Assembly (NCBI RefSeq): GCF_000025665.1
Contig: NC_013926.1
Coordinates: 570,001-602,000 of the forward strand
Length of the DNA: 32,000 nt
Origin: Aciduliprofundum boonei T469
GTDB taxonomy: Archaea; Thermoplasmatota; Thermoplasmata; Thermoplasmatales; Aciduliprofundaceae
Reading direction: 5' to 3'
Numbering within the stretch: position 1 is the stretch's first letter; every line of letters begins with the position of its first letter. This document shows positions 15,712-25,078 of this stretch, piece by piece. The position numbers and the translations under genes were made by a program. The notes beneath the pieces are model-generated. The model saw nothing but the letters and a program-made list of their open reading frames with translations. It made no database searches and was not told where the DNA came from.

Positions 15712-16692
15712 GTGAAGATTTACGGAAATATCCTCTGGAAAGGCGAGTTTAGGAAGGGAACAGTGGTGATCAAGGATGGCATAATTGAAGATTTCAGGAA
15801 GGAGAGAGATTTTGATTTTAGAGGTACAGTTATACCCACATTCATCAATATGCATACTCATATTGGAGATTTTTGGGCCAGAGATGAGCCGAAGGGGGGG
15901 ATAAAGGAAATTGTAGGTCCAAATGGATACAAATACAAAATTCTGAGGAATAGAAAAAAAGTGTATGAGGGAATGCGCAGAGCCATGCGCTATATGCAAA
16001 AAGAAGGCATATCACATTTTGTGGATTTTAGAGAGGGAGGAAAGGACGGAGTGGAGTTGCTTTTGGAAGTGTCCAGGGGATTCAGTATAAAGCCCATCAT
16101 ATTTGGGAGAGGTGTTTATAAAGAGGTTGAAGGTTTGGGGCTCAGCAGCGTAAGCGATTACGATAGGGAATATATAATTTCAAAGGTTGAAGAGGCAAAG
16201 AGAAGCAAAAAATTATTTGCAATTCATGTCTCTGAAAGAATAAGAGAGGATATTGATTTTGTTCTATCTTTGCATCCTGATTTCATTGTGCATATGCTTG
16301 AAGCTACCGAAGAGGACCTTGAGAAGGTTAGCGCTGCACGCATACCCATTGTTCTAACTCCACGCTCAAATATGTTCTTTGGAAAAGTTCCAAATATCCC
16401 TAGATTTTTGAAGCACAATATTTTGCTTGCCTTGGGCACAGATAATGGTATGTTCTCTCTACCATCTATTCTTCGCGAGATGGAAATTGCATACAAGCTC
16501 TCGAAACTCTACGGATATGTTGCCCCAGAAGAAATTTTGAAGATGGCCACTATAAATCCTAGGAAAATATTGAGAATCGAGGATAACGAGATAGGGAAGA
16601 AAGCAAGGTTAATAGTGTTTAGAAGATTAATGACTCCCTTCGAGCTAGTTAATAAATCAACAATACTTGACATCAAAAAGATAATACTTTAA
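15712..16692 (+). CDS. Metal-dependent amidohydrolase-superfamily protein (substrate unknown)
   Basis: The HxH metal motif is FINMHTHIGD, with a later AIHVSE, HMLEAT and GTDNG. At 326 aa it is short for the chlorohydrolase/deaminase branch. The start is GTG. Confidence 0.7.
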   Translation: MKIYGNILWKGEFRKGTVVIKDGIIEDFRKERDFDFRGTVIPTFINMHTHIGDFWARDEPKGGIKEIVGPNGYKYKILRNRKKVYEGMRRAMRYMQKEGISHFVDFREGGKDGVELLLEVSRGFSIKPIIFGRGVYKEVEGLGLSSVSDYDREYIISKVEEAKRSKKLFAIHVSERIREDIDFVLSLHPDFIVHMLEATEEDLEKVSAARIPIVLTPRSNMFFGKVPNIPRFLKHNILLALGTDNGMFSLPSILREMEIAYKLSKLYGYVAPEEILKMATINPRKILRIEDNEIGKKARLIVFRRLMTPFELVNKSTILDIKKIIL

Positions 16693-18073
16693 CCTCATCT
16701 GTGTGGAAATTTATTAATGCGACCTTGCCAGGTACGGGGTTGAAATTCATCATTTTCTGATACTTTGTCTGGGCCTGCCAGCAGGATGCATTGATTATGT
16801 GCACATCCTTGTATTTTTCATAGGTAAATGCATGGACATGCCCCGTGACAAATACATCTGGCACTAAGTCTATAGCTAGAAAATCTCTTTTGAGTGGGGC
16901 AATAGGGACTTTCCCTCCATATGGAGGGTATAGATGCCTCATTTCAAGCATATTTCTCATTATTGACCCTATTTTTTCGTAGTTCATTCCGGGTATGAGC
17001 TCAACTAAATCGTTTATGGCTGCGCCGTGGTAAAGTAAGAATTTATAGCCATGGAGAGAAAATAAGGTAGGATTGCTTAGGAATTCTACATTTCCGTTGA
17101 AGAGAGCTCTAACATCGCTGGGCAAGGGTGGCTGCGGTTCTGCATTTCTAACCAAATCATGATTGCCTGGAATCATAATTACCTTGATATAATCTGGAAG
17201 TTCTTGAATGTAAGAGGCTAAAGCTTCATATTGTTTGTAGATGTCCAAAATTTCGAGTTCTTCCTCTTGGTTGGGATATATTCCTATGCCATCGACAAGA
17301 TCTCCTCCAATTATCAAGTATTTTACAATCTCAGCCCCATTCTTTCCGCTTTTAAGCCAATCTAAGAATTTTTCCCAGTTTTTTTGGAGAAACATCTTGC
17401 TCCCTATATGCACATCTGAGATTATAACTGCACCAATTTGTTCCTCTGTCACTCTACCTTTGTTAATTTTTCTAAATCCTGGTCTAACTATCTCATTCAC
17501 ATAAATTAAATTGCTCTCTTCGTTGTATTTACCAATAACACCTATGACTTCATCATTGAGTAAAAACTCGCCTTGGGGAGCTATGCATTTGACTCTCCCA
17601 GTAGGGTCTTCTAAATAGAAGCTTAGAGATCCCCTAGAGGTGTATCTTACATCATCTACGAGTCCAATTATTTTAACCTCTCCGCGCTCCATATTTGCAA
17701 TTTCTGTGGCTCCTCGCATCTGCATATTTCTTCGCACATACTTGCTCAATCTCTTGTATCTATCCAAGAACAGCGCACGGAAATCATCCACTTTGCCACT
17801 GCTCTGAATGTTTCCGGGATCTATTAAAACTTTAAAATCCCAATCGTATTCGTAAGCTTCGGGTTTTGTCATATCACTTTTCTCTTTAGGCTTATTTTCA
17901 ATTTTTGGAGGTTTTATTGAAGATATACTAACAAACGATGAATTTTTGTGTAGTTCTATGAAGGATGGAACATAATTTAGCCCACCTTTTTCAATTATAT
18001 AATCAACAACTTCTGGCTCTACGAGAATTTCATGCTTTAATAATTCTTCAACAATCTCTTTTCTTACATCCAT
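16673..18073 (-). CDS. polB: DNA polymerase II (PolD) small subunit DP1
   Basis: An N-terminal helical domain and an OB-fold region are followed by calcineurin-like phosphoesterase motifs (ISDVHIGS, GGDLVDGIGIYP, PGNHD, GHVH). The length of 466 aa is consistent. PolD is archaea-specific. Confidence 0.9.
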   Translation of the reverse strand: MDVRKEIVEELLKHEILVEPEVVDYIIEKGGLNYVPSFIELHKNSSFVSISSIKPPKIENKPKEKSDMTKPEAYEYDWDFKVLIDPGNIQSSGKVDDFRALFLDRYKRLSKYVRRNMQMRGATEIANMERGEVKIIGLVDDVRYTSRGSLSFYLEDPTGRVKCIAPQGEFLLNDEVIGVIGKYNEESNLIYVNEIVRPGFRKINKGRVTEEQIGAVIISDVHIGSKMFLQKNWEKFLDWLKSGKNGAEIVKYLIIGGDLVDGIGIYPNQEEELEILDIYKQYEALASYIQELPDYIKVIMIPGNHDLVRNAEPQPPLPSDVRALFNGNVEFLSNPTLFSLHGYKFLLYHGAAINDLVELIPGMNYEKIGSIMRNMLEMRHLYPPYGGKVPIAPLKRDFLAIDLVPDVFVTGHVHAFTYEKYKDVHIINASCWQAQTKYQKMMNFNPVPGKVALINFHTDEVKVLSF

Positions 18074-18117
18074 TGTGAACCCCTAAATTGATTTGGAAGA
18101 TAAAGTTTTCCTTGTGG

Positions 18118-18939
18118 TCATGGTAAAAGCTTAGCTCTATCTCCCAGGCATACTCTATATACTTTATAATCCTCAACAATCTCTTCCTTGCACTCGCCAA
18201 ACACTATTGCAGAGTTGCCGATCATGGCAATGGCAGCATTATTGCACGCTTTTAAGAACTCTTTTCCCTCATCGCTTATAAGGGATGTTTTGAGTGCAAA
18301 ATCTCTTGCAATTCTAATTGCATTTTCAAAGGTAGGCATATTCAGGAATTTTTCCATAGCTCTATGTCCCTCTTTCTTTATTATTTTCCTCATATCCTCA
18401 TCTTTTAGAATCTCTTTTGTCTCAATTCCCTCTTTGAATGTGACAAGGGATATGGGAATAGGTGGGAAGAATAACCTATCAACTATGCCGTATGGGTGTA
18501 TGCCCTCTTTTATTCTGAGTGTAAATCCCCCCTCGTACTGCGATGTCACATCTCCAAGCCCGCTCTTTCTTTCAACTTCAATCCTGTGTGCGATTTGCGC
18601 TGCTTGCAGGTAGGTTGCATTTTTAAGTTTTGCAATAGCTAAGCTTGTGCTTAAGGCTGCAGCTGCACTCATACCGAAGCCCTGCGATACAGGTAACTGC
18701 GAATCTGTCTTAATTGTACCCTTAAATCCATATGCCCTTGCAATATCTTCCTGTAGAGAATTTTTCATACTTTTTCCGTTCACAAAAACTCTGAGCTCCT
18801 CTCCCTCTTGCACACTGGTTATTGCACCTAAAGATACACAGATTCCAATTCCTCTAGATCCTATTCTCAGAGGCTCCTTGTGCTCATCTCTTATCTCGAA
18901 AAAAAGTGTAATGCTCCCTGGGGAGAATGCACGAGTCAT
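18118..18939 (-). CDS. Archaeal pantoate kinase (GHMP-kinase fold, COG1829)
   Basis: The N-terminus is MTRAFSPGSITLFFEI, and the GHMP phosphate-binding loop is PVSQGFGMSAAAALSTSLA. The ATG overlaps the coaBC stop (ATGA at 18936-18939). Confidence 0.75.
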   Translation of the reverse strand: MTRAFSPGSITLFFEIRDEHKEPLRIGSRGIGICVSLGAITSVQEGEELRVFVNGKSMKNSLQEDIARAYGFKGTIKTDSQLPVSQGFGMSAAAALSTSLAIAKLKNATYLQAAQIAHRIEVERKSGLGDVTSQYEGGFTLRIKEGIHPYGIVDRLFFPPIPISLVTFKEGIETKEILKDEDMRKIIKKEGHRAMEKFLNMPTFENAIRIARDFALKTSLISDEGKEFLKACNNAAIAMIGNSAIVFGECKEEIVEDYKVYRVCLGDRAKLLP

Positions 18940-20102
18940 AATGATTCCGCCATGATTTCTACAATCCTTTTTGCAAGATCCTCTTTCTTACCTGCAAACT
19001 CTTCAAACTCGCCATCGCTGAATATTATGATCGCTTTGGTAGAATCTCTATCAACATCCTCAATGAGATTTGCTACTATCATATCTAGTTCATACTCCTC
19101 CATTCTCTCTTTCGCTCTTCTTATCAACTCTTCCTTGCTTATTTTACTCTCTGCCTTAAATCCGATTAGGAAACCTTTGTACTCTCTCCTTAATCTCTTT
19201 AAAAACTTTGGATTTTCCTCAAATTCAATTGCATTAAAATCTCCAAGGCTCTTTACCTTTCCTTCTCTCTTCTCAGGTTTAAAATCTGGGAGTGCGGCTG
19301 GTACGATTATTGCATCATAACCTTTCATATTCTCTATTTTTTGCATAAGATTATCAATACCTCCAAATTCTTCATACTCTATGTATTCTGGAATATCTAC
19401 TGAGTGAAGGCCAATAAGGAGATTCACACTCGCACCATAATAGTATGCAAACCTTGCTATCTCAATACCCATCTTTCCCGTGGCCAGATTTGTGATTATT
19501 CTAAATTCATCGAATCTCTCATACCCCGCCCCACCGATAACAAGTACCTTCTTGTCTTTTAAATCTCTGCGTAGGTAATTCATAACTCTTGCCACAATTA
19601 GATCGTTGCTGGGTAGTTTTGCTTTCCCCTCCTCCATTTTCGGTTCTATAAACATTGCAAATTTTTTGAGTTTTTCAATATTTTCCTTTAATATCTCGTT
19701 GTTATACATTCTGGAGTCCATACTGGGCACAAATATACATTTTTCAAGGTTCGCAAATATTAGTGTGCTAACAGCATCATCCGCTATACCACAAGCGGCT
19801 TTTGAGATTATATCTGCGGTGGCAGGAGCTACTAAAATCGCATCGAAATCGTAAAGATGCTCATCCTTGCCCGTTAATTCTGTTATTGGCTCTTTGCCCG
19901 TGGCAAATAAAAGTGCATCCTTACCCACGAATTTAAGAGCACTATCTGTCATGTAGGGATAGACATCTGCACCATGCCTAATCAGTTCCCTAGCAAGCTT
20001 TACACTCTCAACCGCTGCAATACTTCCCGTCACGCACAGTGCGAGCTTTTTATCTTTTAGCAAATCGCTTTTCTCACATTTAATGCTCTCTGAAGGATGC
20101 AT
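18936..20102 (-). CDS. coaBC: Bifunctional phosphopantothenoylcysteine decarboxylase / phosphopantothenate-cysteine ligase
   Basis: The N-terminal flavoprotein domain contains LALCVTGSIAAVESVKLARELIRHGADV, and the C-terminal DFP/CoaB domain contains VLVIGGAGYE..ITNLATGKMG and IVPAALPDF. The length is 388 aa. Confidence 0.9.
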   Translation of the reverse strand: MHPSESIKCEKSDLLKDKKLALCVTGSIAAVESVKLARELIRHGADVYPYMTDSALKFVGKDALLFATGKEPITELTGKDEHLYDFDAILVAPATADIISKAACGIADDAVSTLIFANLEKCIFVPSMDSRMYNNEILKENIEKLKKFAMFIEPKMEEGKAKLPSNDLIVARVMNYLRRDLKDKKVLVIGGAGYERFDEFRIITNLATGKMGIEIARFAYYYGASVNLLIGLHSVDIPEYIEYEEFGGIDNLMQKIENMKGYDAIIVPAALPDFKPEKREGKVKSLGDFNAIEFEENPKFLKRLRREYKGFLIGFKAESKISKEELIRRAKERMEEYELDMIVANLIEDVDRDSTKAIIIFSDGEFEEFAGKKEDLAKRIVEIMAESL

Positions 20103-20139
20103 AGTTATTGTAATTCTTTACCAGCATATAAAATCTTGT

Positions 20140-20628
20140 TTATTTTCCAGTTTTATTCTTTATTATCTCTAAAATCTTATCTGGATCTTTTGTGGAGAAT
20201 ACGAATATTGGTGCCGTATGCCCTTCAAGCTCTAACGCTATTCTCTCTTTCATCTCCACGATGTACGCTAGAACCCTCTTCCCGTTCATTCTTGCGAATC
20301 TTATCCCAAATCCTCCATAAGTTAGTGCAGGTGTTTTGTCTATCCAGTAATTGACTATGGATTCCCACGCTATTACTTTCTTAAACACTCCGAATGAAAC
20401 GATCATATATTTCGGGGTGATTTTTATGTACATAATTGAGAAGTTTATGCCAATAATGATTACTATTATAAGAACAGCAAGCACCACGGTGGAAGATAGT
20501 GTAAATGCCAAGAACCCTCCTGGTAGGGATATGCCGATCCAGAAGAGGATTAAGGCGATTAAGAAAAATAGTGCGAATATTGTGTAAGACACTAAAATCT
20601 CATGGTGCAGTATTCTTTCTTGAGCCAT
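20140..20628 (-). CDS. Membrane protein with 2 N-terminal TM helices and a possible bacterial-PH-like C-terminal domain
   Basis: The 162-aa ORF has two long hydrophobic helices followed by a soluble region (YIKITPKYMIVSFGVFKKVIAWESIVNY..) that is reminiscent of bPH/DUF304-type domains. That assignment is tentative. Confidence 0.6.
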   Translation of the reverse strand: MAQERILHHEILVSYTIFALFFLIALILFWIGISLPGGFLAFTLSSTVVLAVLIIVIIIGINFSIMYIKITPKYMIVSFGVFKKVIAWESIVNYWIDKTPALTYGGFGIRFARMNGKRVLAYIVEMKERIALELEGHTAPIFVFSTKDPDKILEIIKNKTGK

Positions 20629-20707
20629 GATTTTAAGTTATTGGAGTATAGTAATTAAATATTGCTAAATAACAAAGTTTTTAAGCATAGTTATAATTAT
20701 CTCTACA

Positions 20708-22039
20708 ATGAATCCTGATAAAAAAGGCATATCGATGAAAGTGATTTTAGTGATTGCCTTTGTAGGACTGAGTATGAGCACAGGGTGGGCACTTAATAAG
20801 GCACTATCTTTCAAACTTCTGCAAACATACACGCAGAATTCTATCATCATTGGCTCTATTCTTGCATTGCAAGGCATTATAGGAGTAATAGTCCCTGTTT
20901 TGTTTGGATACTATAGCGATACTTATCATTCAAGGAGTGGGAGAAGAAAAGCGTTCATACTTTGGGGTGGTTTTGCGGCGGCACTGGCGGCAGCGCTGAT
21001 ATATTTCTCCTACATTGCTCATGCTCCTCTGGGAATATTTGCCACATTCCTTGCAATATTCTACTTCTTTATGTACTTCTTTGTGGCCCAGTATCGGGCA
21101 CTCATGCCCGATATAGTGCCAAGCGGTGAGAGGGGCAAGCCAAGCGGTATCATAACATTCTTTGAGTGGGGTGGCAATCTCTTAATGTTTGGATTTGTGG
21201 CTATTGTATCTGTGATGGCTCGTAAAGTTTTTCCCTCTGCAGAGACGGCCCTTGAAGCAATGATAAAGGCCAATTATCTCTGGATGCCCTTTGCGCTTGC
21301 AGGAGTGTTCTTGGTTCTCTCAGTGCTGCTCCTCTATTTCAAAGTTAAAGAGCCCCCCTATCCAGATGTTGAGCCCGAAGAGAATGTTATAGAATACATT
21401 AAAAACATACTTTTAGACCATGATTTTGTGAGTTTTTATATAGCACAGATATTCTGGTGGCTCAGCTTTGAGTTTATAGCTGTGTTCCTGTTTGGCATTC
21501 TTGAATCTATATTGAACACGAAGGATGTGCTTACTTTAGGTACAGCAATAATGGCCATATTCAATATCACAGTGCTTGTTGGAGCGTTGATTGGAGGTCC
21601 TTTATACGATAGAATAGGAAGGAGAAAATCCATAATAATTGGAGGATTGATATTTTTAGCACCGTTTATCTGGGGTTGGTTCGTCACAACAAGCACCGAG
21701 ATTACCGCAGCCATAGGAATTGCAGGTATTGGATGGGGTATGCTGATGGCTACATCATGGCCAGTCATCGGAGATCTGCTCAACAACTATGAGAAAGAGT
21801 TCTTCAATGGTCGCTACTATGGATTCTTTGAGGCAACTAAATCTTTACCCGTTGCCATAGCAGGAATTTTGGGAGGTATAATAGTGTACTTTGCGGGAGG
21901 TAATTACAAAGTGCTTTTCCCAGTGGGTGCAATATTTGTGATAATCGCTATGCCCTTGATCTGGGGTATGAAGTATCTGGACAGGAAAAAAGGAGAGCCC
22001 AGCATGGAAGGAGCCATAGAAGCCACGGAGGAATTGTGA
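20708..22039 (+). CDS. Major facilitator superfamily transporter (GPH-like), substrate unknown
   Basis: The 443-aa ORF has about 12 TM helices and MFS loop motifs (GYYSDTYHSRSGRRKAF and GGPLYDRIGRRK). A TATA-like box is centred about 27 nt upstream. Confidence 0.8.
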   Translation: MNPDKKGISMKVILVIAFVGLSMSTGWALNKALSFKLLQTYTQNSIIIGSILALQGIIGVIVPVLFGYYSDTYHSRSGRRKAFILWGGFAAALAAALIYFSYIAHAPLGIFATFLAIFYFFMYFFVAQYRALMPDIVPSGERGKPSGIITFFEWGGNLLMFGFVAIVSVMARKVFPSAETALEAMIKANYLWMPFALAGVFLVLSVLLLYFKVKEPPYPDVEPEENVIEYIKNILLDHDFVSFYIAQIFWWLSFEFIAVFLFGILESILNTKDVLTLGTAIMAIFNITVLVGALIGGPLYDRIGRRKSIIIGGLIFLAPFIWGWFVTTSTEITAAIGIAGIGWGMLMATSWPVIGDLLNNYEKEFFNGRYYGFFEATKSLPVAIAGILGGIIVYFAGGNYKVLFPVGAIFVIIAMPLIWGMKYLDRKKGEPSMEGAIEATEEL

Positions 22040-22040
22040 T

Positions 22041-22892
22041 ATGGCTTGGTGGATAGGCGTAATAATAGCCATAATTGTGGCAATAATAATCATCTTTTTT
22101 TTATTTGCCGCATTTGTTGCATACAAACTAGTCAAGCCTAGTAGATTTGTTGGTTCTTGGACTCCGAAAGATTTTGGAGCCGATTATGAAGATATAGAAT
22201 TAAAGACGGAAGATGGTGTGAAGCTTAAAGGCTGGCATATCAAGGGTGGAGAGGATTGTGTGGTGCTCTTGCACGGGTACAGCAGGAGTAGATGGGACGA
22301 TGTGTATATGCGCAAGGTTATGGGAAAGATGTGGAGTGCTGGGTATTCTGTCCTTGCTGTGGATTTTAGAGCTCACGGAGAGAGTGAGGGCAAGTACACA
22401 ACTCTTGGTGATAAGGAGATTCTGGATGTTAAAGCCATGGTGAAATATGCAGATCAGCACTGCAAGAAAGTGTATATAATTGGCTATTCAATGGGTGGAT
22501 TTCTAGCTCTAAAAGCAGCGTATTTGGGTTTGGCGGATAAGGTTGTGGCAGATAGCCCTTATATATACACGGACAAGACCGGGGCTCGGGGATTGAAGTA
22601 CTTTGCCAACCTGCCCGAATGGCTTTATGCTTTTGTTAAGCCCTTTGCAATACTGCTATCGGGAGTGAAGTACGAAAACACAAATCCTTTCAAGTTTGCC
22701 AAGAGTATCAAGGTTCCCACTCTAATAATTGCGGGGAAGAAAGATCCCCTTGTAAAAATTGAAGAGATTGAAGAATTTTTGAAAGTGGCTACGAATGTGA
22801 AATTGTGGGTCACAGAAGGTGCACATGTGCGCAGTATACTTGTGAACGAGGAAGATTACATAAACAAGATATTGCAGTTTTTTGCTCAGTAA
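22041..22892 (+). CDS. Membrane-anchored alpha/beta-fold hydrolase
   Basis: An N-terminal TM anchor (WWIGVIIAIIVAIIIIFFLFAAFVAY) is followed by an HG oxyanion context (VVLLHGY) and the nucleophile elbow GYSMGG. The gene starts 1 nt after the MFS stop. Confidence 0.8.
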   Translation: MAWWIGVIIAIIVAIIIIFFLFAAFVAYKLVKPSRFVGSWTPKDFGADYEDIELKTEDGVKLKGWHIKGGEDCVVLLHGYSRSRWDDVYMRKVMGKMWSAGYSVLAVDFRAHGESEGKYTTLGDKEILDVKAMVKYADQHCKKVYIIGYSMGGFLALKAAYLGLADKVVADSPYIYTDKTGARGLKYFANLPEWLYAFVKPFAILLSGVKYENTNPFKFAKSIKVPTLIIAGKKDPLVKIEEIEEFLKVATNVKLWVTEGAHVRSILVNEEDYINKILQFFAQ

Positions 22893-23485
22893 ATTCTCAC
22901 TCCTATTTTATCTTCGCTGTTATTGTAAATCTCCCTTATTTTGAATAGATATGCTGGGGTTTTTCTCCATTCTCTTGGCTTTTCAGGTCTGTGGAATATG
23001 TCATGCAAGGAGTTTGCATATTCCCAAATAAGGCCCTTTGTATGTATCTCAACCTTGCATCTAACCTCGTAAGATGTGCTTGGTGGGGTAAAGAAGAGAA
23101 TTGTTGCCTCTTTCTTTCCCTCTGTGATATTCTTCCAGGTATGCTTTCTTGCAAGTTCTAAAGAGATTAGTTTTGTAAAATCAATCTTATCACGCTGGTA
23201 AATTTCGTCCAGAAGGAATTTTCCAGCCTTGGTAGGATTGTACTCGCTGTGCAATTCTTCGCGCATCTTTTCTATGGTATCTGGAAGAATTTCATCTTTG
23301 TGGATGAATCCTACACCCTTTATGGAGCCGTTGAGCCCTGCAGGCCCAGAGGTTATTATGGCCGCATTGTGCCTAGTGAATCCTATGAGAATGGAATCGT
23401 CAAACTTTCCTTCTAGCATCTTTTTTATAAGCGCAACTCTCTCCTCGTAGGCATAATTGATGAACTCTTCTGGTATTATTTTCAT
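22886..23485 (-). CDS. Conserved-looking hypothetical protein (about 200 aa), translationally coupled to lysS
   Basis: The reading frame is intact with normal composition. The sequence GTGATGA at 23488-23482 places its start codon (ATG at 23485, or GTG at 23488) on top of the lysS TGA stop. I recognise no family. Confidence 0.65.
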   Translation of the reverse strand: MKIIPEEFINYAYEERVALIKKMLEGKFDDSILIGFTRHNAAIITSGPAGLNGSIKGVGFIHKDEILPDTIEKMREELHSEYNPTKAGKFLLDEIYQRDKIDFTKLISLELARKHTWKNITEGKKEATILFFTPPSTSYEVRCKVEIHTKGLIWEYANSLHDIFHRPEKPREWRKTPAYLFKIREIYNNSEDKIGVRIY

Positions 23486-24927
23486 CACTTCTTGGGCGCC
23501 AAGATTGGAAAGAGTATCACTTCCTTTATACTCGTATTGCCGGTTAAGAGCATGGTTAGTCGGTCTATTCCTATGCCCACACCGCCCATGGGGGGCATTC
23601 CCCAGCGCAGGGCTTCTATGAAATCCTCATCGTATTGATGTGCTTCTTCATCTCCCAGAGTTCTGCGTTCCACCTCCTCGCGGAAGAATTTCTCTTGCAA
23701 CAGAGGATCGTTGAGCTCAGTATATCCATTTGCTAACTCTACACTTCCCACATACAACTCAAATCTCTCTATTAGCCTGTTATCTTTCCTGTGAAGTTTG
23801 CAGAGAGGAGTGGTTTCTCTGGGGTGGTCTATAACAAACACGGGCTGGATTAAATCTTCCTCGCAAACCCTCTCAAATAATTTGCCCAGAGCCAAGCCTC
23901 GATTGTACTGGGGCATCTTTATCTTGTATTCATCCAGCATCGCTTTAATTTCTTCATCGCTCGTATTTTCATCTATTCCTCTCTTTGCCAGCATGTCCAA
24001 CATTTTCTCTCTCCTAAATGGCTTGGTAAAATCTATCTCGTACTCTCCAAACTTAACTTTTTCAATTTCCAACTTTTGTGCCACATGCTTGATCATCTCT
24101 TCAGTTAAATTCATCATATCGTTGTAATCCACATAGGATTGGTAAATTTCAATCATTGTAAATTCTGGATTGTGCGTGGTATCAATATCCTCATTGCGAA
24201 AATCTTTGGCTATCTCAAATACCTTGTTGTACCCGCCTACTATGAGCCTTTTTAGATATAATTCATCCGAGATCCGAAGATAATAATCCCTGTCAATTGC
24301 ATTTACATGCGTCTTGAATGGCTTGGCATTTGCTCCTCCATACACGGGCTGTAATACAGGAGTTTCCATCTCTAAAAATCCTCTGTTCCAGAGAAACATC
24401 CGTATCTCCTTTTCAATTATGCTTCTCTTTATAAATGTGTCAAATGCATCTTTGTTGAACATCAAATCCAAGTACCTCTGCCTGTATCTTTTTTCCGTAT
24501 CTTCTATTCCAAACCACTCGTGTGGTAAATCGTAGAGGGCTTTAGAGGCGAGTTTAATTTCCTCAGCAAGTACGCTTAACTCTCCCTTCTTAGTGCGAGT
24601 TACCTCTCCCTTTATCCACAGAAAATCGCCCCTATCCACATATTTCTTCAAGAACTTGTACTGCTCCTCCCCCAAAACATCCATTCGGAAAAATCCCTGA
24701 ATCTTAGAGCCATTATCGCGCAAATCTCCAAAAGCAACCTTTCCATGAAAGCGCAGAGCGTATAACCTGCCCGCAACTGCAACCTTCTTACCCATAAAAT
24801 TCTCGGGAGCTTTTACAATTTCCTCTATGTAATTCGTTATAGGAGTGCTCTGTGGGTACGGATTTATACCCATATTCCTTAATTCTTTCAGCAGTTCAAC
24901 GCGCTTGAGATAGTCCTTTCTCTCCAT
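23485..24927 (-). CDS. lysS: Lysyl-tRNA synthetase, class II
   Basis: An OB anticodon-binding domain is followed by the class II core: RYRQRYLDL, FLEMETPVLQ, GGANAKPF, ELYLKRLIVGG, FRNEDIDTTHNPEFT, ELANGYTELNDP and GMPPMGGVGIGIDRLTMLLT. The length is 480 aa. Confidence 0.92.
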   Translation of the reverse strand: MERKDYLKRVELLKELRNMGINPYPQSTPITNYIEEIVKAPENFMGKKVAVAGRLYALRFHGKVAFGDLRDNGSKIQGFFRMDVLGEEQYKFLKKYVDRGDFLWIKGEVTRTKKGELSVLAEEIKLASKALYDLPHEWFGIEDTEKRYRQRYLDLMFNKDAFDTFIKRSIIEKEIRMFLWNRGFLEMETPVLQPVYGGANAKPFKTHVNAIDRDYYLRISDELYLKRLIVGGYNKVFEIAKDFRNEDIDTTHNPEFTMIEIYQSYVDYNDMMNLTEEMIKHVAQKLEIEKVKFGEYEIDFTKPFRREKMLDMLAKRGIDENTSDEEIKAMLDEYKIKMPQYNRGLALGKLFERVCEEDLIQPVFVIDHPRETTPLCKLHRKDNRLIERFELYVGSVELANGYTELNDPLLQEKFFREEVERRTLGDEEAHQYDEDFIEALRWGMPPMGGVGIGIDRLTMLLTGNTSIKEVILFPILAPKK

Positions 24928-25078
24928 AAGCCGAGATATGCGATGATTGATAAAATAATTTTCATAGGTGTGCTTGAGTTTTAAGCAATACTGAAGGATA
25001 ATTTAAATAGATTTGAACTTTATTTATCTCAATCCATAAAGTTTTTATAATATAAACTACATATCTTTGTTGCTGAAG

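Noticed and set aside
24940-24994. A possible second box C/D sRNA upstream of lysS (GCGATGATTGA ... CTGA).
   Set aside because: The C-like element is GAUGAUU rather than RUGAUGA. There are no C'/D' boxes, no terminal stem, and no 12-nt spacer geometry.
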